Source: Schmidtea polychroa (Eukaryota). From it: a stretch of DNA of 64,000 bases. The position numbers and the translations under genes were made by a program. The stretch spans positions 50,222,001 to 50,286,000 of the forward strand of contig CM097885.1 in the NCBI GenBank assembly GCA_044892525.1, in the 5' to 3' direction. A model generated the notes under the pieces. The model was not told the origin of the DNA, did not search any database, and worked only from the letters and a program-made list of their open reading frames with translations. Below are positions 53,954 through 64,000 of this stretch, piece after piece; positions within the stretch are counted from its first letter, which is position 1, and every line of letters begins with the position of its first letter.

Positions 53954-55825
53954 TTACCAGCCAATATGATTATTTAATTCTCTATTTTTATGTTTCAGCC
54001 AAGCATGAAGTGGCTCGAAAAATTTCATAAGAGATGCAGATTTGATTTCTTTCGTTCCTGTCAATATTTTCATTGTTTCTCGCCAGTTATTCTTTGAACC
54101 TTGTTTCAACATTGCCAATAGCTTGTTTCCTGCTTCTTTAGATTGATAAAAGTCGCATCTATGCAATGGACCCGTGTAACCAGTCAAATCGCACATTGAT
54201 TCATAAAATTGAAATTGAACTATAAAACTTATAAAATATCGAATATAAGGAATACCAAATGCAATGTGATATTTTGCACCCGCATCAAAATCTTTCTCTG
54301 ATCTCTCCACTGGCGGTTTAATTCCTTGAAACTTCAATGATAGATCCCACCAGTATTCATTAAGCTTGGAAGAAGGGATCGTTCCATTATATACACTCCA
54401 CAGATAACTATCCATCGTTAACGCAAATGGTAAAAATACTACTTTTTCTAAAGCGGAACCCATCAAATAGTCAATGTCGAATTCTTTCGATTTTGGAATC
54501 TCTGACAACAGACCAACTTTGTGAAGATGTTCTGGCGTTTTCACAGCTAATGCGATTGTGTCTCCAATAGCTTCGTGGAATCCAGAATTCGCAGAATTAC
54601 GATAAAAATTAAGCAAGTTTCTGTAAGCCATGAAATATTCAACGTGACCCATTTCATGATGAATAGTTGTGAAATCATTTAAATTTTTCTTCGTGCACAT
54701 TAAGATTCTAAAATCGACACCATTTGCAAAATCATGTGCCGACCCATGGCAATCAATAACACGTCCTGGAATTTGTTCCACGACGCTTCTTTCCCAGAAT
54801 TCATTGCTCATTTTGAACAGTCCAATAGAATTGTAAAATTCTTCTGCTATTTCAAACATTTTTCTCACCGATAACTTTTCCAATTTCTCATTAACTTGTT
54901 CGTGAAAATTATTTCTATAGTTACTTTTCATACATTTTTTTATTATCCCAAATATGTTGACCCAGATTTGGGACCAAACGTTTCCGAAAATATGTGCCGG
55001 AATTGGGCCGTTTTTATCAAATTTTCCGGGGTAATATTTCCACAGACAATATCTCACAAATGAATGTAATTCTTTATACAGTGGCAGAATATCTTCATAC
55101 AATTTCATTACTGTCTCTTTGAAGTTTTCCTCTTCAAAATCCTCAAATAGAATAAACGAAGCCAAATCATTAAATCCGTTTTCACGAGCTCCGAAATTTC
55201 CTAAATTCACTTTCTTCACAAACAAATCTCTAATTCTTGCACCTGTCACATTTCTCCATGCAACCCAATATCCGGTTAATTTATCATAATTTCTCTCGTT
55301 CTTAAACAATTCAATAATCGCGGGCTCCCCGGCTGATAAACATTTCCCAAAGCACGGCCTCCCATTATTGTAAATAAATTCAATTTGGTTTTTAATCTCA
55401 ATTAATTCTCTCGAAACGCTTTCATTCTGACTTTCTACAGTTTTCGAAAGTTTCCCCAAGATTTTCCTGATACTTGCTGATGCAAATCTTTTCCATCGAA
55501 ATTTTTTCGCTTTCAGTCGGAGTGATTTGTCCAATTTCACAAAGATTATTTGAAATTTTTTTAATAATTCCAAATTTTTTTTGTTGATATTTGATTCGTA
55601 ACGATAGAGAACATTGGCATAACGATTATCATTTCTTATTGATATTTCATTGACTTTTATTAACCAAGATTTGGCACAATTTTCACTTGAATATTCTTCA
55701 CAGACATCCGGATAACCTTCCAACTCTGTCAAATTATGATAACTGTCGAATATTCCATTTGCATGGAAAATCTGTTTGCAATAAATAAAATCCACAGCAA
55801 CAAATAATACTGTAATCAAGTACAT
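53954..55825 (-). CDS. ACE: ACE-like peptidyl-dipeptidase (M2), divergent copy 4 (623 aa)
   Basis: Intact intronless ORF; signal-like N-terminus; HEMGH, EAIGD, FDAGAKYH, PYIRYF; ends IGW. Confidence 0.96.
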   Translation of the reverse strand: MYLITVLFVAVDFIYCKQIFHANGIFDSYHNLTELEGYPDVCEEYSSENCAKSWLIKVNEISIRNDNRYANVLYRYESNINKKNLELLKKFQIIFVKLDKSLRLKAKKFRWKRFASASIRKILGKLSKTVESQNESVSRELIEIKNQIEFIYNNGRPCFGKCLSAGEPAIIELFKNERNYDKLTGYWVAWRNVTGARIRDLFVKKVNLGNFGARENGFNDLASFILFEDFEEENFKETVMKLYEDILPLYKELHSFVRYCLWKYYPGKFDKNGPIPAHIFGNVWSQIWVNIFGIIKKCMKSNYRNNFHEQVNEKLEKLSVRKMFEIAEEFYNSIGLFKMSNEFWERSVVEQIPGRVIDCHGSAHDFANGVDFRILMCTKKNLNDFTTIHHEMGHVEYFMAYRNLLNFYRNSANSGFHEAIGDTIALAVKTPEHLHKVGLLSEIPKSKEFDIDYLMGSALEKVVFLPFALTMDSYLWSVYNGTIPSSKLNEYWWDLSLKFQGIKPPVERSEKDFDAGAKYHIAFGIPYIRYFISFIVQFQFYESMCDLTGYTGPLHRCDFYQSKEAGNKLLAMLKQGSKNNWRETMKILTGTKEIKSASLMKFFEPLHAWLKHKNRELNNHIGW

Positions 55826-57358
55826 TCAATTACAATGTACAATTAGATGTCAATGTAACTTATTACAGCAACATTGGTTTGTTGTCGATTTTTACAAATC
55901 GATTTTTACTGTAGGATTGTGCGCATACAAATCAGTTACAATTAGCACCAATGGCTTAATTATTCACCAATTAAATTTGAAAACCACATAAATTTTCAAC
56001 ATGAATTGCTTTGCTGATGTGTTAGCAATTAATTGATACATCCGTTTGACAAAATCAAGAAAATCATAATTCATGTTGCCCTAAAAATGAGTTAATACTA
56101 TTATATTTATGAATTTAACAATTATTTCAAGAGAAAACGGAGTCATGAAATATGGTGAATTCAGTTTCAAAAAGGAAATTATTAATGATGGGAATTCTGT
56201 GATTTATTAAATTATCCAATCAAATTGAACTTTAATAGATGAACTTGTAAGTATATTTGGATTTATGTAAAAATACTTCTAACATTTACTCACATTTTGA
56301 TCACTTATTATACACTTAAATTGTCAAGTATATTCCAAGTAGATCTGTCAAAGTTGTTCCCCATGACCCATAGGCGTATCCAGGTCATCTAGTAAGGTGG
56401 AGATGGCAATATATTTCAGTGGCAACAGCTAACAATCATAAAACTTGTTTAATTAATTTTCTTTTTTGAATACATTTGTATCATGTAACTGAAAAATGAT
56501 GAGAGGCATTGGGTATTCCAATAATCCAAATTTAAAATTTGGCTAGTTTTTATAATTTTATAGCACTTTTTTAACATCGTGCTTACACCTAAATTAACTT
56601 TTGTTTACAAGTACTATGATTAATATTGTAGTGTTAAATAGAAAAACAAATACAAATTAAATTTAAATGAATTGTGTTTTACTAATCAGTTTATAACTTA
56701 ACATTTAAAATAATTATTATAAATCATAATATCTAATGTCATGAAAACTACCAATTAAACAATAATAATCAATTTTCGAGACGCAATGAAGAGAAAAAAA
56801 TTAATTTTAGATGCAGAGTCGTTTGGATACCTTTGCTATGACAAAGAAGCGAAGTCTTTTGAGACACTTAAAACTAAGCATACTATGACTACTTAAGTTA
56901 CTGGAAATGCCAAACTTGCCACCACATCTGCGGAAGTATCAAGTAGTACTACTACTCAATATGATGAACACGAGATAAGAGAACCCCTTGATATTATGGA
57001 CAGCAACAGTCAGAACAGAAATGACAATTCTGTCGATATAGTTGTTCCTTTTTCTGAAAATGAACATATTTTAACTGAGACTGGGTCTACTATAAATGAA
57101 ATTTAAATAAGTTTTTATCAATGACATGGAAAATTATTTTGTAATAATTATTGATTTTACTAAAAAAATTTTTTATTATTCAGATATTTAAAAAAGGACT
57201 GTTTTTTATTTTCATACCAGAAGACAGCAGGATCTCAATCTGCTCTGAGGCTCTCCATCAGTCACAATACAGAAGATAAATATAGAAAAAATAAGAACAT
57301 TTATTCATTGATTTAGCGTGCATTAATTCAGCAAATACATTTGAATTATTTAAATTCT

Positions 57359-58075
57359 AATTTTTATCGATTTTGCCTACAATTTATAATTTCCTATTTA
57401 TTTCATTTCCCAATTTTTATATTTTTTATTTTTAATTAATATCAACGCCATGATGGACATGGGCATTTTCTAGAATATTCCAAAAACTTGCCAAAAATGA
57501 CCAACACAAAAATAAAGTAAAATGCAACAAAAGCAAGAAGTATAACACGAGACCAACACAAACACAACATAGACAAACAACAGAATTAAATTGATTGGCA
57601 AGTTTGGAATATTCTAGAAAATGCCCATGTCCATCATGGGGTCGATATTAATTAAAAATAAAAAAATATAAAAATTGGGAAATGAAATAAATAGGAAATT
57701 ATAAATTGTAAGCAAAATCGATAAAAATTTGGGCATTTTCTAGAATATTCTATGCTATTTTAATAGTTTTATTTTTAATTCCTATGTTATCTTATTTTGA
57801 TTTTTTGATAATTAATTATTAAATTTTATATTTTAGTTAGCGGCCATGATGGATTTCACCATTTCCATAAAATATTCTATTTTTTTGGTCATTTATATGA
57901 TAATTCGATTTTTAGATCAATTTAATTCTGTTGTTTGTCTATGTTGTGTTTGTCATTTATATGATAATTCGATTTTTAGATCAATTTAATTCTGTTGTTT
58001 GTCTATGTTGTGTTTGTCTCGTGTTATACTTCTTGCTTTTGTTGTATTTTACTTTATTTTTGTGTTGGTCATTTT
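57359..58075. repeat. Complex inverted/tandem duplication in an interspersed repeat
   Basis: Arms 57359-57493 and 57595-57729 are inverted; the spacer is an inverted copy of about 57980-58075; about 64-bp tandem duplication at 57888-58017. Confidence 0.85.
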
Positions 58076-58255
58076 GCTGTTATGTAAATTCTTTTAGTTG
58101 TGATTACTTGATGATTCGACGTGTTTGAGTTTAACTTTACTTACTGTTGTGTCTGCGTGTTATTTTCCGACGCATTTAGATCATACTTTATCTTTGTGGG
58201 GTTAAAATCAGTTTTTTGCCCGACAACAACCTTAAATTGTAGAAATAAATTCCTG

Positions 58256-58430
58256 TTCTTTAATACACGGTGAGACAATGAACATTAGAAAAATACTTCA
58301 AAAACTTTTAGAAAATTTATAAAAAATACTTAGAAAATTTTCGAAGTCGGTGAGGTCACCCACATATTTTTCAAAAATTTTCTAAGTATTTTTCTAATGC
58401 TTTTGTTCATTTTCTCACAATGTGCTAAAG
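58256..58430. mobile_element. Small palindromic MITE-like element hit by a hAT insertion at its right end
   Basis: TTCTTTAATACACGGTGAGACAATGAACATTAGAAAAATACT pairs with AGTATTTTTCTAATG...TGTTCATTTTCTCACAATGTG(C/T)TAAAG(AA). Confidence 0.65.
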
Positions 58431-60959
58431 CAGTGGTTCTTAAACTGTGGTCCGCGGACCCCTGGGAGTCCGCAAGCATTTGACTCACATTTATATATAA
58501 AAATACGGAAATTTTTTTAAGTTTTTGGTTTTATTTTTTCTAAATTCTAATAGATTTGCAAATTGGCATAAATAAAATCGTTGATTTTCCATTTAAATTT
58601 GAAAAAAATAGTAATAGTAACCATGGAAATACATTATTTAAAAAGAACAGCCATCTGCGTTAAAAACTAGTTTTTCTTTAAATTGATTTTTCTTTAAGTT
58701 AATTTTCCAGTGAAATCAGTTTACCAACTATAATAAAAGTGACGACAAGTATTTGTTTTAAATAAAGGGTAAGAAATCACTTTTATTAGTTATTCGGTAC
58801 TATAATTATAATTTTATGATTTCCTAGTAATTATGGATCAATGGTTGAAATTCGGTAAGTTATCAAAACGCAAAAACGACCAACGAGACGATTCTGATTC
58901 TGATGAACATGATATTCCATCATGTTCCAAGGCGAAGAAGACACTGATGTGTAAAACACGAAAATATTCTGCCGAATCCTTATCATTGGGATTTACATTT
59001 ACATTAATATAAATGTGTAGCAACCTCTTTGTGTTATTTGTCACTGCCATTTGTCAAACGAATCGATGAAACCAGCAAAACTTCGCCGATATTTAGAATC
59101 GAAACATAAGGATTATGTAAACAAACCGGTTGAATATTTTAAAATGAAATTACATGAACTACAAGCAAGCCAAATATTGATTAAAAAACCGTCACAGGAA
59201 GTAATAATGAACAAGCGGTACATGCATCATTTCAAGTGTCTCTCCTAGTAGCCAAATCTGAAAAACCCCACACTATCGCTGAAAATTTAATTCTTCCAGC
59301 TGCTAAAGCAATAGTCTCAATAATGATAGGAAACAAAGCTGCCCAAGACCTTAACTTAATCACGCTTTCAAACGACACAGTTAAAAATAGAATCAGTTAG
59401 ATGTCCCAAAATATTAAGGACCAATTGATTGAACGTGTTTTGAAGAGTCAATTTTACTCACTGCAACTGGATGAAACTACAGATAATGCGAGCAACCCAA
59501 ATTTGCTCTCATTCATTCGATATGAATTTAGTAGTAAGATTTATGAAGATTTTTTGTTTTGCAAGTTACTTCCAACACGGACAACTGGGGCTGAAATATT
59601 TCGCTGCTTGAACAACTTTATAACAAACAGTAAAATGGAGTGGTCAAAATGTATTGGAATGAGCACGGACGGTGCTTGAGCTGTGAGTGGAACAATTCAG
59701 GGTCTTATGAATTTTGTTAAAACTGTTGCGCCCAATGTAGTTTGGACACATTGTTGCATACATCGCGAAGCACTTGCCGCAAAGAAAATCCCAGATATTT
59801 TAAAAACTACTTTAAATGAAATTGTATCTGTAGTAAATTTTATTAAAGTGAGTCCATATAATTCTCGTCTTTTTCAAGTTTTATGGAAAGAAATGACGAG
59901 TCAGCATAAACATCTTCTTCATGCAAAAGTACGTTGGTTGTCTCGTGGAAAGGTATTAAATAGAATTTTTGAACTGTGATATGAAGTACGATTATTTTTG
60001 ATGGAGAATGATAATTTCTATATAAAAGATCGTTTTTCTGACTTTTCCTGGCTAGCTAAGGTGGGTTATTTGGCTGATATTCATACTTACCTAAATGAAT
60101 TAAATTTTAGTTTACAAGGTACTTCAATAAATATTTTTAAAGTAGAAGATAAAATAAAATCAATAATGAAAAATATGGATTTGTGGATAAGCAAATTAAC
60201 AAAAGGAATTATTGAATCCTTTCCAACACTTCATGAATTTGTAGAAAGTTCTGATAACAAACTGTTTGTCGAAGAAATTCATATTTTAATTGAACATATA
60301 AAAATGTTAAAAGAATCTTTTAGGAATTATTTTCCTTCTACCACATCAGACCATGAATGGGTTCGAGATCCATTTTGTTGCAAAAATATCGAAGTACAAC
60401 ATTAGGCAATTTCAGAGCAAGATGAACTTGCAGAATTATCATGTGACAGCTCCTACAGGTTAGTTTTTAATGAGCATACTGTTGAAGAGTTTTGGTTGAA
60501 AGTTAAAAATGTATATCCAACATTAGCTGAAAAAGCAATTAAATATTTACTTCCATTTTGTACAACGTATTTATGTGAAAGAGCTTTCTTGATGCTATTA
60601 TACATGAAGAATAAATATCGAAATCGGTTGGATGTTGAACCAGAATTAAGGATAAACATATCAAATATAGATCCTAATATTGCAATTCTAGTGTCACAAA
60701 AGCAACACCATCCTTCACATGGTAAAAATTAAATATACATAATTTTATATGTTATATCCAAATATTTTATTACTTTATTTTATTTGTTATTTATATACTG
60801 TGTTGTATCTCAGTGAATTATAAAAATACAGTAAATAAATTTTAATTTTTCATATAAACACTGTCTTAATTGATTTATTGATGAATGAACTTTATGGGTT
60901 CGCCAAGAAATTTTTTGTCTTAAAGGGGTCCCGATGTTCAATAAGTTTAAGAACCGCTG
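58431..60959 (+). mobile_element. Full-length degenerate Buster-type hAT transposon (ZBED5/SCAND3-like transposase)
   Basis: TIR CAGTGGTTCTTAAACT / AGTTTAAGAACCGCTG; TSD TGCTAAAG/TGTTAAAG with central TA; MKPAKLRR, LQLDETTD, STDGA, HCCIHREAL, VRWLSRG, TYLCERAF, QHHPSH. Confidence 0.95.
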
Positions 60960-61557
60960 TGTTAAAGAATAGTGTAATGATTTTCTAGAGTGTTTTTCTA
61001 TTTTGAAAAAAATTAAGTATGTAATTAATCCATATTAAATGTTTGTTTTAATATTGAATTTAGTTTTGTTTTGTAAAATTTTTTAAATATAGTTAAGTGT
61101 TAAATTCATTTAAATTAAATTTTCAAGATTTTTACAACATTTTATTAACAACTGTATTAACTGTTACAATGATTTACCAGACATTTTATCTACTTCTATT
61201 AGGAATTGTTGGATTTTGCAATTGCGCGCCGGTGTAACATTTACAAATAAGCAATGATAATATAATACCATTAATTATCGATCTAAGCTTAATGACATTT
61301 GTTATTATCATATTATTAGGCTTATTGTGCGCTTGCTTAATTAATAAAAAAACTTCTCCAAACAAAAAAGCTTTCGATTGGAAATAAAGCAGTACACGAA
61401 AACGTTATATTATTGGAATTTATCCGTAAAAATTCAATCGACTTGGCTGATGATAAACATTAAATGGAAACAAAAAAATGACCCAAACGAACTTTTGGAC
61501 AATAGTAAAAACACTTGTAGATATTCATACTAACTGATAGATATAATCGCAAATCAC

Positions 61558-62557
61558 TGTTGGGTTATTGGGTTGGTGATAAAACTTTAAATTTCTTAAT
61601 CTGACTCCAAGCGTGTCTTTGACTGACCCACAAATAACACTTGATAACGGAAATCTTTATTGATAATCCCAAATAACTTTTACTTTACACTGACAATCGA
61701 TTCAACACTCTGCTTGGTGATTATACTATGCATATTACAACACTCAGTGATTATACAACACTTCTGTATAACACCGGATTGAAAGATCAAAAATTACTGA
61801 TTGGTTTATCAACTGGGACTTTGAGCTGATTGTTTTCTTTGACCTTCTTCACAACTTTATTGAAATACTCGAGTAACTTCTTTTCGTCTAATTTGTCAAC
61901 TAATTCCTTTCTTTAAATCTTCTCCAATAATTATTCTAGATTATGATTATCTAGAGTGCCGCAAGAGAAGCAAACTATATAATGGAAAACTAGAGAACAA
62001 AATTTAGAGATAAAATTAGAGACAAATGTGACGCGAAATTGAGACAATTTGGAAGACGATTTGAGTGACAATTTGAGAGACAATTTGAGAGATAAAATTG
62101 TTGGAGAAAATTAGACAACGTTGGACGAAACGTTGTTGGAGAAACGATTGTGAAAAAGAATTGTAAAGAGAATAATTGTGAAGAATAATTATCGGAGAAG
62201 ATTTAAAGAAAAGAATTAGTTGACAAATTAGACGAAAAGAAATTATTCGAGTATTTCAATAAAGTTGTGAAGAAGATCAAAGAAAACAACCAGTTCAATG
62301 TCCCAGTTTAGAAACCAATCAGTAATTAGTGATCTTTCAATCCGGTGTTATACACAAGTGTTATTCCTCACCGAGTGTTGTAATAAGCATTGTATAGTCA
62401 CCAAGCAGAGTGTTGAATTGATTGTCAGTGTCAAGTGAAAGTTTATTTGTGATTATCAATAAAGATTTCTGTTGTCAAGTGTTATTTGTGAATCGTATGC
62501 AGACACGCTTGGAATCAGAGTAACATTTAAAATTATCACCAACTCAATAACCAAACA
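61558..62557. mobile_element. Rearranged 5' LTR: inverted copy of the LTR 3' part joined to a 5'-truncated LTR
   Basis: 61558-61937 is the reverse complement of about 62182-62557; 61945-62557 matches the 3' part of solo LTR 21570-22548. Confidence 0.88.
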
Positions 62558-62562
62558 TATTT

Positions 62563-62580
62563 TGGTGAGCCCGACGTGAT
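62563..62580 (+). promoter_or_regulatory. Primer-binding site, likely tRNA-Trp
   Basis: TGGTGAGCCCGACGTGAT, 5 nt after the LTR end; one mismatch to the TGGTGACCCCGACGTGAT tRNA-Trp PBS as I recall it. Confidence 0.8.
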
Positions 62581-62777
62581 CAAAGTTGGTGAAAAGATTG
62601 TTGAAAGGAAAACTTTGAAAATAAAGTGGTAAATTGAAATTATTAAAGTGATTTGGAAAAGGTAAATTATATATTATGATAATAATTTGAGATTTAGATT
62701 TTGTGTAATTTGAAAAGAAATAATTTATTAAAGTGAACCGATATTATTTACGAAGCCAGAGTAAAAAGTAAGAGATA

Positions 62778-64000
62778 ATGAGCTGTGAAGATTTACCAGT
62801 TTCAGTTGTAAAAGAAAATAATAATTTTGCCAGTTGTCAAAGATTGCCAGTAGAGTAATATGGAGGAGATCCAATTATATTTGTTGATTTTATGAGTGAT
62901 TACTATATGTATGCAACGGCCTATGGATGCCCTCAAGCAATCATGATTCAAAGATTACCCTTATATCTTAAAGGAGCTGCTAGAGAGGTTTGGCAACAAA
63001 TCGACAGGAAAACAATCGGCAATGATTGGGTCAAGTTAAAAGATGCATTGGCTGCTAAACTTATTGGAGGAGATATAAAGAAATTAATGCGTCAAAAGTT
63101 TTATAATAGTCCAAAATCCAAATGAAACAGTGAGCGAATTTGCATATCATTTATCGACCCTTGTCAGTAAATCCTTTGAAGAAGATTCGAAACAACCAGG
63201 ATTAGTCCAAGAGATGCAGGAACTGATTCAAGACCAATTTTTGTCAGGAGTAAATAAAGAGATAAAAACGGCATTGTGTTGTGTAGACTATGACAATTTC
63301 GATGAACTAGTTAAAAAGGCTATGAAAATTGAATTGAATCTAAAGAGCTCTAAAAATAAATCTGAGGAATTTTCAATAATTCCCGTAAAATGATAAAGAT
63401 CAATAACCCCAACTCATGATAATTGGGAATCAGGAAATAGATTTCAACGATCAAAGAGCCCATCACCCAAATGGAGAAACGATAATATTATAAACAGAGC
63501 AAGCCAAAATTCACCAGGCACTGAGAGATCTAAAGTTAATCAGTGTAATATTTGTAAGAAAACTGGCCATTATACAAATCAGTGTTGGTTTAAAAATAAT
63601 TCTGAAAGAGTACCCAGGAGATTGAGTCCAGATTGGCGAAGAGATGATAGATGAACGAATTTTCGGAGAGAAATTCCTAATGTAAAGTCAAATTTCAATG
63701 AGTTACAATGTTATCGTTGTGGTAGAAAAAGACATGTTTCTAGAAATTGTTTTTCAAGATCAAGGTCACCATCAATGTCACCATCACCACAGAGAGACAA
63801 TGTGAATTTAAATGGCAAATTCAATGTCATTTATACAGAAATTACGGGCATATTGCAAGATCTTGTCTCAGGAATTCCGATAAATTTCAAAGACCTATTT
63901 TGAAACGAACAATTAGATTTCAATATGAAAACCAATCAAAGAATAACGTTGCTTATGTGCAGAAAGATAAATTTAGAGAGAAAATTGAGAGCGATGTTAA
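62778..64000 (+). pseudogene. gag: LTR retrotransposon gag relic (runs off window)
   Basis: YLKGAAREVW, DQFLSG capsid-like motifs; CNICKKTGHYTNQC and CYRCGRKRHVSRNC knuckles; stops. Confidence 0.85.

Noticed and set aside
56369..57110. CATAGGCGTA hAT-like TIR and short downstream ORF
   Set aside because: No matching right TIR/TSD and no transposase motif

Overview
AT-rich, repeat-dense eukaryotic (probably invertebrate animal) genomic DNA; the host is not identifiable from sequence alone. The only intact host genes are four intronless, minus-strand, single-domain, signal-peptide-bearing angiotensin-converting-enzyme-like (peptidase M2) genes. Three are near-identical recent duplicates (25179-27104, 37335-39260, 44432-46357) and one is a divergent paralogue (53954-55825). 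A fifth, decayed 5' ACE relic lies on the + strand (about 15331-15453) and is absent from the ORF track. The rest is transposable-element debris: Ty3/Gypsy LTR elements (one near-complete with a nested solo LTR), solo and rearranged LTRs, hAT elements and MITEs with 8-bp TSDs, two Tc1/IS630-like relics, two Polinton/Maverick (adintovirus-like) relics, foldback elements and long (AAT)n/(AT)n microsatellites. Most notable: (1) the ACE paralogues differ mainly in N-terminal lid helices and at positions matching substrate subsites, suggesting a diversifying secreted peptidase array; (2) a Gypsy lineage with non-canonical LTR ends (...CTA), no recognisable tRNA PBS and insertion into (AAT)n with 5-bp ATAAT TSDs; (3) a Polinton ORF joining a parvovirus-type PLA2 motif to the integrase. 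Family calls rest on motif recognition by eye; no searches were run.
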